NCBI GenBank assembly: GCA_964366085.1
Contig: CAYISM010000001.1
Coordinates: 17,211 to 81,210, forward strand
Direction: 5' to 3'
Length of the DNA: 64,000 nucleotides
From: an uncultured Gammaproteobacteria bacterium
Lineage (GTDB): Bacteria > Patescibacteriota > Microgenomatia > UBA8517
Shown here in pieces: positions 1 to 9,118 of this stretch; the stretch's first letter is position 1, and every line of letters starts with the position of its first letter. Position numbers and translations under genes: made by a program. Below the pieces are notes generated by a model that saw only the letters and a list, made by a program, of their open reading frames with translations, was not told the DNA's origin and searched no databases.

Positions 1-654
1 TAACTGTTTAACCGAGTATTTTTGCCGAAGAACAACAATCAAATAAATCGGAGCGAAGATGAGAAGTGAAGCTTTTATATAAAGTGACAAAGCAAAAACG
101 ACAAGTGACAAGGTTAACTTTTTTTGTAACAAAAAATAAAATGCTAGCAGTGAGAAAAAATTAACAATCGCATCGGTTTGCCCCCAAACTGCGGAGTTAT
201 ACCAAATGACTGGATTAACTAAAAAAATAGTTGCACCCAAGATACCAAGTTTCTCATCTTTATGGCTTTTAAGAAGTTTATATATTATGTAGGCAATCCC
301 CAAATCAGATAGAATTGAAGGAAGTTTTAAAAGCGCAGGATAAAGGTTGCTTTCAAAAAAGGTGATTATTCCCGAGGGAAATAACGGAATTTTTATATTA
401 ATCCACCAGAAAACTGAAAAAACAAATTCAAAAAGTTTTTCGATTCCGGCAAAAATATAAATTGTCCCCGGAGGCTGGTTGGGCCAGGTAAAGTTCCAAA
501 CATTCGTTGATGGAGCGAAGAATTTTTGAGGACCATATTGCCAGAACCTTATCCCCCAATCGATATGATTATTTATATCAGGGTGCCAAATAATAAAAGA
601 AATAACGAACCTGAATATAAGTGCCAAAAGCAATATTTTTATGATCTTTTTCAC
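1..654 (-). CDS. GT-C fold membrane glycosyltransferase, 5' part only (runs off the window); paralogue of 4771-6051
   Basis: Manual translation from GTG at 654 gives MKKIIKILLLALIFRFVISFIIWHPDINNHIDWG...WPNQPPG...LKLPSILSDLG...NPVIWYNSAVWGQTD. This matches the HSDLN/YPP/KIPGIIADL/NPAVIYLSSSWGQIE pattern of 4771-6051. Confidence 0.8.
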   Translation of the reverse strand, partial: MKKIIKILLLALIFRFVISFIIWHPDINNHIDWGIRFWQYGPQKFFAPSTNVWNFTWPNQPPGTIYIFAGIEKLFEFVFSVFWWINIKIPLFPSGIITFFESNLYPALLKLPSILSDLGIAYIIYKLLKSHKDEKLGILGATIFLVNPVIWYNSAVWGQTDAIVNFFSLLAFYFLLQKKLTLSLVVFALSLYIKASLLIFAPIYLIVVLRQKYSVKQL

Positions 655-2358
655 TTATTTTTTGGTAAAAAGGTAAAAGGCGGGTTCACCTGAAGGGTAG
701 GCAATCGCCTTAATGAGTTTTAAATTACCTGGTGTTCTTTCCGGTTCCATAATTAAATTGATTTTTACTTCCTTCTCGCTGGCTAAATAAAGCGTTTTTT
801 TATCAAGAACCTGACCCCAATCATAGAGTCCTCCTTTGGGTATTCCAAAATAGAATTTATCTATATGAGAAACCCTTCCAAATCCGGCTAAATCAACATC
901 GTTACCTATCGGAAATTCCTTCTGCCATTTGTCAGGTGAATATTCGTACCAAGCCGCAAAAAAAATCCAAGGTGGCTCGCTTGCGGTGGAGATGACAATT
1001 TTGTCATAGTCTTTATCTATTGCTTTAATCGAGGCAATCCCATCCCTAAATCCGGTGTGCCACCATCTTTCCGATTCCCAAGGATAATGTGCCCAATATT
1101 GATGCTGATATAAACCGAAACTGATTAAATATGCCATCAAATAACCTACGGCAAAAAGTTTTCCAGATCTACCTTTTAAAAGGTTGTAAGTCTCTAGTAC
1201 TCCGTAAGAAATTAAAAAAACTAAGGGAGGCAAAATTAAAATCAGACGAGTTGCGTGCCTTCCACCTTCTCTTGTTATTGCCGCAGGAATAACCCCGGCC
1301 AAAATCCAGAATATAATCAACCATTTCGTTTTTGCATCCTTGTAACGGCTGAAAAATAAAATTAAACCAAGAATGAGGGCAAGGGATTCTACTTTGTAAA
1401 ACTCACCTATACCTATCGAGTGGCGAAGGTTTAAATCTCCCTTTATAAAAAGGAAGTCTGTTGAAAAAGCTTGAAAATAGTTTTTAACTACTGCCTCTCC
1501 CCAAAAAGTAAACTTATTATGAATTATTCTATCTATTAATGTTGGTTTTAATCCCGTACCAGTTTCACCTCTAGTCCTTGCGTCATTCTGCCTTGCGGAA
1601 CCGACCTCTGACTCAGTCGTGGGATCGGTAAAAACACTTATATAACCAAATCTTTGAGCTCCGCCGCCAAGAAAAGTGCTTACGGCTATCGGACTACCGA
1701 CCACGGCCAAAGCAATAACTGCGTAAATTAAATATTTCTTGGAAAGGGAAAAAATTTCTTTTCGGTAGACAACAAACAAGAAAATTAATAAAAGCGGTGT
1801 AAAGAGCTTGGCGGTACTGTAAACCCAGGGAGTCAAGGCAAAACATACAGCCGAGACCCACATTAATTTTCCATTATTTTTAGTACTTTTAAAGAAAAAG
1901 TATAAGCCTGCAAGCAAGAAAAACAATAGTTCAGTTACTTCAAACCCGGCACGGCTATATTGAATGTGCCACGGTGAAAGGGCCAAAACACCTGCAGATA
2001 TTAATGCCAGTGATTTATTATTTGTTAATTCGCTGATTAATAAATAAAAAACAAAAATTCCAAGAATTCCAAAAATTGCGGCCGGGAGTCTCACGCCCAA
2101 AGGGGTTATACCAAAAATGGCAACGGTTGGAACCGCAGAATAAAGGTAAAGTGGCGTTCTCCATTCAGCCAAAGAATGAAAATGTATAGGTAAAAAATTA
2201 CCAGAATAATCTTTACCGGTCTTTAGGATTGAGTAGGCGTGATACCCAACGTCTAATTCGTCGCCAAAAAGGGAAACTGGTACTTTATCTAAACCCCAAA
2301 GCCGAAGTAGCGAAGCAAGAACAATAATTCCAACTAAAATAAGTTTTTTATACTTCAC
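655..2358 (-). CDS. ArnT/PMT-like GT-C glycosyltransferase
   Basis: N-terminal TM followed by a loop with the DE motif (LFGDE), VRLP and SPWHIQYSR; multi-TM, 567 aa. Confidence 0.8.
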   Translation of the reverse strand: MKYKKLILVGIIVLASLLRLWGLDKVPVSLFGDELDVGYHAYSILKTGKDYSGNFLPIHFHSLAEWRTPLYLYSAVPTVAIFGITPLGVRLPAAIFGILGIFVFYLLISELTNNKSLALISAGVLALSPWHIQYSRAGFEVTELLFFLLAGLYFFFKSTKNNGKLMWVSAVCFALTPWVYSTAKLFTPLLLIFLFVVYRKEIFSLSKKYLIYAVIALAVVGSPIAVSTFLGGGAQRFGYISVFTDPTTESEVGSARQNDARTRGETGTGLKPTLIDRIIHNKFTFWGEAVVKNYFQAFSTDFLFIKGDLNLRHSIGIGEFYKVESLALILGLILFFSRYKDAKTKWLIIFWILAGVIPAAITREGGRHATRLILILPPLVFLISYGVLETYNLLKGRSGKLFAVGYLMAYLISFGLYQHQYWAHYPWESERWWHTGFRDGIASIKAIDKDYDKIVISTASEPPWIFFAAWYEYSPDKWQKEFPIGNDVDLAGFGRVSHIDKFYFGIPKGGLYDWGQVLDKKTLYLASEKEVKINLIMEPERTPGNLKLIKAIAYPSGEPAFYLFTKK

Positions 2359-2373
2359 GTCTAAATTGTAACA

Positions 2374-3942
2374 TCAATCACGATAAAAAATATAAAAACT
2401 TTCGTTGCCGTCCGGTTCCCGGATGGTTTCGATTTTTTCAAAAAACCCATATTTGTCTCGTTTCCCCAAAACATGATCTGATCTAACCATCACCAAACTT
2501 TTTGCAGGAAATTTTGAAAAGTCTTCGGTGTTGAAGTCATAGGACCTTTGTGATAAGAAATTCGTTCTAAACTTTATCTGATAAAACTGAGAATAAAGAT
2601 CAATAAATGGAATATCGCTATCTAGGTAAACAGCCTTAACTTCCCGAACTTTGGTACTTTTTATTGCTGATTCAAAAGCCCCACCGATATCGTAATTAAA
2701 CCATGAATAGCTTCGACTGCGGTAAGAAGTAAAATAATCGGAGAGGAAGAGCCCGAACTGTAAGAAGGAAATAATCAAAATTCCATAAAAAAATGACCTT
2801 AACAATTGTTCCTTAGACTTAAGAATAAAATTAACCCCATACATTGAAAGAAGGATTGCAAAAGGAATTACAATAAGTCCTCGAGAAATTCTTTCTGGAT
2901 CGTTAACAATTGCCGGAGCAATTGGATAGGTCAAAAATCCAAAAAGAACTAATTTAGAAAACCTTTCCTTTTTATTAAAAACGGAGTAAAGAACACCAAA
3001 AGCTATTAAAAATGAAACTGGAAAAAGAAAGGTCCCAGCCTTACCGGTTGAATGAATTAGGCTCCTGTCCCCCGAAACAAATAAAATCTTTGGTCCCAAA
3101 TAGGTAAAATAATTAGAAACAAAACTTCCCAGTCTTTTAAAGTTAAATACGCCGAGATATCCTTTGGCTACATCAATCGTCGTATCAATAGAACTTATAT
3201 AACTCACTTGATTGAAAAGTGTGTCCGGGTGCTTAGTGATCCAGGGAATAAATAGAATAATTGGGATCAAAAACCCAATGACGAAGACCACAAAGTTAAT
3301 TTTTTTAGACCATAATTTTTTAAAGAGAAAAATAATGCTTGCAACAAAATATATCGGCATCATAATCTTTGCGGCGTGATAACTGTGTATTCCCATTCCT
3401 AACGTTATTCCCGAAAGAAAAATGTCAATTTTACTGTTACTATTTACAAACTTTCTTAAAAAAAATAACCAAAGAAGAACAAATAGGATCGGGTAAATAT
3501 TATCGAGAAGTAGTCGTGAGTTAATAAAAAGTACAGGAGTGGTTGCGAATAAGATTCCAGAAAGAAGAGCAAGTTTTTGACTATTAAAAATCTTCTTAAC
3601 TAAGAACATAACAAGAATTGTGCTCACGATTGCAATAAGTACAGAAGGGATCCGGATAGAAACTTCGCCAAGAGGCAAAAACTTAAGAATTAAGGCAGTT
3701 AAATAAACAACCACAGGTGTTGCCCAGAAGTTGCCTAGATGCCAAAAATAAAAAGGCAAAAAAATTCCGTAATAATCGTGTCCGGTTTTTGCGATCGAAT
3801 ATCCATTCAGAGAGAACATTAATTCATCCTGGTTCAGATGAACAGGAATTTTATCCAATTTGAACAAATAAAGTATACTAAAAAATAAAATTACCAGAAG
3901 ATACGGGATGATCCTTAATTTTTCTTCAAAATTTTTATCCAT
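2374..3942 (-). CDS. ArnT/PMT-like GT-C glycosyltransferase (likely start MDKNF at 3942)
   Basis: LNQDE motif, IRIP, multi-TM; paralogous to 655-2358. Confidence 0.78.
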   Translation of the reverse strand: MDKNFEEKLRIIPYLLVILFFSILYLFKLDKIPVHLNQDELMFSLNGYSIAKTGHDYYGIFLPFYFWHLGNFWATPVVVYLTALILKFLPLGEVSIRIPSVLIAIVSTILVMFLVKKIFNSQKLALLSGILFATTPVLFINSRLLLDNIYPILFVLLWLFFLRKFVNSNSKIDIFLSGITLGMGIHSYHAAKIMMPIYFVASIIFLFKKLWSKKINFVVFVIGFLIPIILFIPWITKHPDTLFNQVSYISSIDTTIDVAKGYLGVFNFKRLGSFVSNYFTYLGPKILFVSGDRSLIHSTGKAGTFLFPVSFLIAFGVLYSVFNKKERFSKLVLFGFLTYPIAPAIVNDPERISRGLIVIPFAILLSMYGVNFILKSKEQLLRSFFYGILIISFLQFGLFLSDYFTSYRSRSYSWFNYDIGGAFESAIKSTKVREVKAVYLDSDIPFIDLYSQFYQIKFRTNFLSQRSYDFNTEDFSKFPAKSLVMVRSDHVLGKRDKYGFFEKIETIREPDGNESFYIFYRD

Positions 3943-4784
3943 TTTTGTCCAGATCTGATGATGAAGGCGATTACTAGCTGCTTTAACCAACCGTTATACC
4001 AAATGCCGGCTTCGGTTCGGTACCTCTGCGCCGATGGTAAAGTGTTGGGAATGTTTAAAAGTTTACGAAGTGGATAGATAAGAATTTCTAAAAAATTTCT
4101 GTATTTATCGGATGAGGTTTGCTGAGCGCTTTTACCATGGCTGTGGAGAATAATCAGGCCGGGGTGGTAAACAATTTTTAGCCCTGCTTGCCTGACCCGA
4201 CGGTTGAAATCCATGTCTTCGAAATACATAAACACTTCTTCGGTAAAAAGGCCCACTGTATCCAAGGTGCTCTTTGGAAAAAACATGCAAGCTCCTGAGA
4301 CAGAATTAACTTCAAGTGGATGGGTGGTAGAAGGGGTATATTTGTCGATAAAGTTTCCTTGGTTCAGCCAGTATTGGCGGATGGCTCCGATAATGCTTGC
4401 CTCCGGAAAGACCGAGCCTTGGGGAGTTCCGTCGGTATTGACAAATTTTGGCCCCATTACCCCGACATTAGGGTGGAGTTTAATAAATTGAACTGCTTCG
4501 GCAAAAAAATCGGGGGGGATTACGGTATCCGGATTTAAAATCAAAATAAATTCTCCTGTCGCTTTCTGCAAGCCTTGATTCCAAGCCCGGGGTAAACCGA
4601 TGTTTGAGTTGTGTTGGATGAAAATAATGCGCTTGTCTTTAGGAATAGACGGTTCTGAATTTGATGCATTGTCGATAAGAATAAGTTCCAGATTGAAATA
4701 TCCGGTACTAAGAACAGATTTGACACAGCGGGCAAAGGATTTGGCTACATTCCAGTTGACGATTATGACGCTAATTTTTTCCAT
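3915..4784 (-). CDS. GT2 glycosyltransferase (WbbL/rhamnosyltransferase-like)
   Basis: ISVIIVNWN, IDNAS, LNPD, SGAC and FMYFEDMD motifs. Confidence 0.88.
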   Translation of the reverse strand: MEKISVIIVNWNVAKSFARCVKSVLSTGYFNLELILIDNASNSEPSIPKDKRIIFIQHNSNIGLPRAWNQGLQKATGEFILILNPDTVIPPDFFAEAVQFIKLHPNVGVMGPKFVNTDGTPQGSVFPEASIIGAIRQYWLNQGNFIDKYTPSTTHPLEVNSVSGACMFFPKSTLDTVGLFTEEVFMYFEDMDFNRRVRQAGLKIVYHPGLIILHSHGKSAQQTSSDKYRNFLEILIYPLRKLLNIPNTLPSAQRYRTEAGIWYNGWLKQLVIAFIIRSGQKWIKILKKN

Positions 4785-6051
4785 AGTTTAAATACTCTTT
4801 GAGCATAGCAAAAAAACAAAAGACTACCAAAAAGGATAAAGTTCTTTCCACAAAATCCAAACTTAGCAAATTCACCAAAAACTCAATTCTCGGAAACCAC
4901 CACCAATGATAGAGATTTAATAGATAAAGGCCGCTTAATAAGTAGAAATATTTTCTGAGTTTAGGAATGTAGAATAACAGAAGCGGAAAGAATACAAATA
5001 TTGGGAAGAGATATCTTTCATGCATTCTGGGCAAAAATAGGAAGGCTGAAAGAGATATTAGGATTAGAGTAAAAAAGATATTTTTTCTTCTCCCAACATG
5101 AAGACTGAAAATGTAAAGGTAAAAAGGTAGAAACAGTATCCAACCCCACGCATAAAGCGGGACTCTTAAGAACATCGTTTTGTCAGAGATTCGATGTAAA
5201 CCCAGCAAAAAACCCCAAAAATTAAAACCGTTGAGATTTATAAAATGCAAATTTCCGGGTCCAAACATAAACTTTTTCCAATAATTTCTAATAGTCCAAA
5301 TAAAGTAATTGTGATCGGTAAATAGTGTCCCAAAAATTATCAAAACGAATATAACGACTGTAGTAGCAATAAGAATTTGTTTAAATTTCGGTTTGGTTTT
5401 AAAAAATTCAAAAAAATAAATTGGAAGCAAGGGTAACATTGTAGCTTTGGTCATTAGAGAAAACACCATAGAAATGGTTGATTTTAGATATTTTCTAGAG
5501 ATCAACGCCAGAAAACTGGCCAAAGCAAAAAAACCAACCAACGATTCTATCTGTCCCCAGGAAGAAGATAAGTAAATTACCGCCGGATTAAACAGATAAA
5601 ACGATGCTGCTACCTTTCCTCCGAACTCGCTTCTTCTCTTCACGAATTTGTAAATTAGATATCCAATTGCCAAGTCTGCGATGATTCCGGGTATTTTATA
5701 AAGAGAAAGTTGCCCCTCGCTTTCGAACCAGGGTATAAATTTAGATGGAAAGTAGGCAAAGGAGATGTTCAACCACCAAAAAAATCCAAACAACCAACTC
5801 CAGATTGTACGAACGAACAAAAACAAAATGGTTGATAAGGGAGGATATTCTGGTAAAGCGTAGTTTCCGAAGTTCAGCCAATCGTAGTATCCTTTCAGTC
5901 CGAATTCTTGAGCATATCTTCCCCAAATCAGATTCGTATTAAGGTCTGAATGGAATGAAAGGGGTACCAAAACTATTCTTATAATAACTGCTATAAGCAG
6001 TAACTTTGGAAATGATATTTTTTTAACTAAATTTAGCAAATATAGCTTCAT
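4771..6051 (-). CDS. GT-C fold membrane glycosyltransferase (ALG6/PIG-M-like)
   Basis: HSD, YPP, FNPA..SS.WGQ.E and MHERY motifs; multi-TM. Confidence 0.75.
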   Translation of the reverse strand: MKLYLLNLVKKISFPKLLLIAVIIRIVLVPLSFHSDLNTNLIWGRYAQEFGLKGYYDWLNFGNYALPEYPPLSTILFLFVRTIWSWLFGFFWWLNISFAYFPSKFIPWFESEGQLSLYKIPGIIADLAIGYLIYKFVKRRSEFGGKVAASFYLFNPAVIYLSSSWGQIESLVGFFALASFLALISRKYLKSTISMVFSLMTKATMLPLLPIYFFEFFKTKPKFKQILIATTVVIFVLIIFGTLFTDHNYFIWTIRNYWKKFMFGPGNLHFINLNGFNFWGFLLGLHRISDKTMFLRVPLYAWGWILFLPFYLYIFSLHVGRRKNIFFTLILISLSAFLFLPRMHERYLFPIFVFFPLLLFYIPKLRKYFYLLSGLYLLNLYHWWWFPRIEFLVNLLSLDFVERTLSFLVVFCFFAMLKEYLNYGKN

Positions 6052-6913
6052 CTGAAAGAAATCCTTCTCTTTTCTCTTTTTTTCTGGCGATAAGTACCTC
6101 TTTTATTTTTGTAAGCGCCATCAAAACTACAATCAAGTATCCGGGGTTTTTAAGTATTCTTTTTATAAGACCATTCATATGCTTTTGGGAAAGCGCGTTG
6201 CTTGTCAAATTTTTCCAAATAAAGAGAAGTTGGTTCCTCTCCATGATTCTTTGTGTAGATTTTCCGGGAAGTTTGGAAATAGTGGCTTCATGTATGTGTG
6301 TAACTATTGCTTTTGGTTCCCAGAGTAACAACCATCCCCTTTTTGCTGCTCTATAACAAAGATCGATGTCCTCCCAGTAAAAAGGTGACAGCAGTTTTTC
6401 ATCCATTCCACCCAATTTTAACCAGTGTAATTTTCTAAAGACTCCGCTTCCTCCGTTTACCCAAAAAGTGTTATGAATTTTGTTATCTTCCGGGCCTGGT
6501 TCATGAACTATAAAACCATCTTTAAAAATTCCCCTTGCCCAACCATAACTTTTTTCATGTAATGAGACTGCAAATACGTTCTTGTTTTCAAAATGCGGAA
6601 GCACGGTTACCAGAAAATCTTCTCCGGGGATAACGTCAGTATTTAATAGAGCAATAAGTTCGCCCTTCGCGCTTCTTACTCCCGTATTCACCGAAGAAGA
6701 AAAACCTTTATTTATTTTATGTTTAATTAACTTTATCTCGGGAAATTTTGTTTTTAATATCTGAACACTTTGATCACTAGAATAATCGTCAACCACAATA
6801 ATTTCAGAGATGTGATTTTCCTCGTTGGTTTTTGCATGGAGTACAAAAGGAAGATTTTCTTCCAAAAGCTTCTCTCCGTTGAAATTGGGTATAACAACTG
6901 AAACTTTTATCAT
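6023..6913 (-). CDS. GT2 glycosyltransferase
   Basis: VSVVIPNFN, VDDYSSD, LLNTD and YWEDIDLCYR motifs. Confidence 0.88.
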   Translation of the reverse strand: MIKVSVVIPNFNGEKLLEENLPFVLHAKTNEENHISEIIVVDDYSSDQSVQILKTKFPEIKLIKHKINKGFSSSVNTGVRSAKGELIALLNTDVIPGEDFLVTVLPHFENKNVFAVSLHEKSYGWARGIFKDGFIVHEPGPEDNKIHNTFWVNGGSGVFRKLHWLKLGGMDEKLLSPFYWEDIDLCYRAAKRGWLLLWEPKAIVTHIHEATISKLPGKSTQRIMERNQLLFIWKNLTSNALSQKHMNGLIKRILKNPGYLIVVLMALTKIKEVLIARKKEKREGFLSDEAIFAKFS

Positions 6914-7564
6914 TTAAGCTTTTCTAACTTTTACCAAATGAAGCATGTCTAAAATAAATTTTTTATTTTCTTCTATTTTAAAACCTACCCCCCTTGATAT
7001 TTTTACAAGATAATCATTTCGATAAGTTTGAATGTGAGTGTCCTGCCATATTTTCCCCCTCGACTTTGTCCAAAAAAACCAAATTATCTTAAAAAGAATA
7101 CTGTCCGAAGGAACTAAAAATACTGCATACCCTCCTTTTTTCAAAACTCTTTTTATTTCTCCAAGTACTTTTTGGGGGTTTTTTACGTGTTCCAAAACTT
7201 CAAGGGCTACAACTGCATCGAATGTATTTGATTTGAAGTCTAATTTATGAGCATCTCCAAGTTGGAATTTAAGTTTTTTACTGTTCCAATGTTTATTCGC
7301 CCAATCAACAGATTTTTTTAAAACATCTATCCCAATAATTTTTTTTGTTTTTGATTTTTGTAAGATTACATTCGTGAATGTTCCATCAGCACTTCCTATA
7401 TCTAAAATTGTTCCCTCACTGCTCTCTTCAATCATCTTGGAAACTTCCTCAAATCGCCTCTTATGCCAATATCTTTGAAGGATATTTTCTTTTATGGATC
7501 GGTAGTACCAATCAGGTGGGACATTCCCGTGAAGATGAGCCGCAAATTTTAGATCATTATCCAT
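6914..7564 (-). CDS. Class I SAM-dependent methyltransferase
   Basis: ILDIGSADG motif I, FDAVVALEVLEH, RVLKKGG. Confidence 0.88.
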   Translation of the reverse strand: MDNDLKFAAHLHGNVPPDWYYRSIKENILQRYWHKRRFEEVSKMIEESSEGTILDIGSADGTFTNVILQKSKTKKIIGIDVLKKSVDWANKHWNSKKLKFQLGDAHKLDFKSNTFDAVVALEVLEHVKNPQKVLGEIKRVLKKGGYAVFLVPSDSILFKIIWFFWTKSRGKIWQDTHIQTYRNDYLVKISRGVGFKIEENKKFILDMLHLVKVRKA

Positions 7565-9118
7565 TTATTTTTTAATGTCCTTTCGTAACCTCTCTTCAAT
7601 TTTTATATCACCGAAGTACCTCTCGGAAACCAATCCGGAATATGAATTCTCCTCACCTACTGTCTCGTCCAAATAACGAAGTGGAATCCCAGCCAAAGGC
7701 TCAATTACTAAAAAGTATTGCTTTGTATCCTTGTCCGTTTTCGGCAGACTATCCAACTGCCCGACTTGGTCTTTTCCATGCCACTCTGGTATATAACCAT
7801 ACTTAGGCTGGCCATACCATTTGTAAAGATAAGTCCAAACGATATTGATCCAAAGAGGCGAAGTTAAGGAATTAATACTAAAAGGTCTTCCCTTGGCCTC
7901 ATTGTAAGTATAATCTATGACTGATAACTGTTTTTTCAGAATCATATCTTTCTGTATCGCAAAAATAGTGGATCCTTTCGGATTTTCCTTAAATATCATA
8001 AGAATATTCCCCAAAACAATTACCCAAAAAACCACTAAGGCAATCGCTTTCCCCCCACTGCTTGCCAAATTGTAAATAAATATTCCTAAAATAATTGAAA
8101 CCGCAGGCCCAATTCCTACTAAGAGAAAGGGTGTACTGGTTCCTCCAACAGATACCACGGTAATATGACTTAAAAGCCATGAGACAATAAAAGGCTGCCA
8201 CCCCACCTCGCCCTCCCGGCTTCGAGAGGCAAGTGCACCACTTCTCCACTCAACAATCGCCATAATAATCAATATAAGTACAAAAACTCCTCCGTAACCT
8301 ACGTTTCCGGGATAACTCGAATAGGCAAAAACTCGTCCTATCTGGTTAATAAAAAGTAGTAAAAAATCCCCAAGCCCTTTTGAAGCAACAATACTATCTT
8401 GTGTAGTTAGCAGGGACAAAACACCTCCGATACCTTTAAAACCAAATTTTATTTCGGATATTAAAATTGTCGAAATCGAAAGCAAAAAAAATATTCCGAA
8501 CTTTATTAGGCTTTTTTTATCAATATTTTTTCTGGCAAACCACAGCCATAAAACCAGCGGTACCGCGTGGTAAAGAAGAAATATTTCCGCTTGAATACTT
8601 AAACCCAATCCGATAGCCGCAACAATTGGGCCCCAACTCTTTTTCTCTTTAATCCAGACCCACAGTCCGAGATAGAATAGCGGCACAGTCCAAACACCGA
8701 TAGTGGGATTTGAAAGCCAAGTGGCATATTGTGTTGCCTCAAAAGAAATTGCGAAAAGTATTGCGGCAACAAGTCCGGCCTTTTGACTTTTTGTAAAAAG
8801 ATAGGACAGATAAAAAACTATAAAAACCGTCAAGGCATTTAACAAAGCTATCCAATAAGCCGCGACAATCGGACTTCCATGCCCTAAATAGTAAGCGGGT
8901 GCGAGTAGGTAGTAATAAAAAACTCCATGATATAAGCCCGGTGTGGAAGCAGGTGGACCTAAAACTTTAAGATCTCCTTTTAAGATTTCTTGACTAACAT
9001 ATGCATCCCTCGCCTGATCGTATCCGAAAGTCAAAGAGAGATTCTTTAAAAAAATCACCCTTAAAAAGAAGGCTAAAACAAAAACAAGAAGTAGGGCCAC
9101 CAAAACAGTTTTTTTCAT
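7565..9118 (-). CDS. ArnT/PMT-like GT-C glycosyltransferase
   Basis: FGYDQARD, GP...G.YYY, WLSNPT; paralogue of 24488 and 26585. Confidence 0.8.
   Translation of the reverse strand: MKKTVLVALLLVFVLAFFLRVIFLKNLSLTFGYDQARDAYVSQEILKGDLKVLGPPASTPGLYHGVFYYYLLAPAYYLGHGSPIVAAYWIALLNALTVFIVFYLSYLFTKSQKAGLVAAILFAISFEATQYATWLSNPTIGVWTVPLFYLGLWVWIKEKKSWGPIVAAIGLGLSIQAEIFLLYHAVPLVLWLWFARKNIDKKSLIKFGIFFLLSISTILISEIKFGFKGIGGVLSLLTTQDSIVASKGLGDFLLLFINQIGRVFAYSSYPGNVGYGGVFVLILIIMAIVEWRSGALASRSREGEVGWQPFIVSWLLSHITVVSVGGTSTPFLLVGIGPAVSIILGIFIYNLASSGGKAIALVVFWVIVLGNILMIFKENPKGSTIFAIQKDMILKKQLSVIDYTYNEAKGRPFSINSLTSPLWINIVWTYLYKWYGQPKYGYIPEWHGKDQVGQLDSLPKTDKDTKQYFLVIEPLAGIPLRYLDETVGEENSYSGLVSERYFGDIKIEERLRKDIKK
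8207..8233. repeat. 27-nt GC-rich hairpin insertion, family A (encodes LASRSREGE)
   Basis: CTCGCCCTC-CCGGCTTC-GAGAGGCAAG, located inside a period-8 AGTGG repeat. Confidence 0.7.
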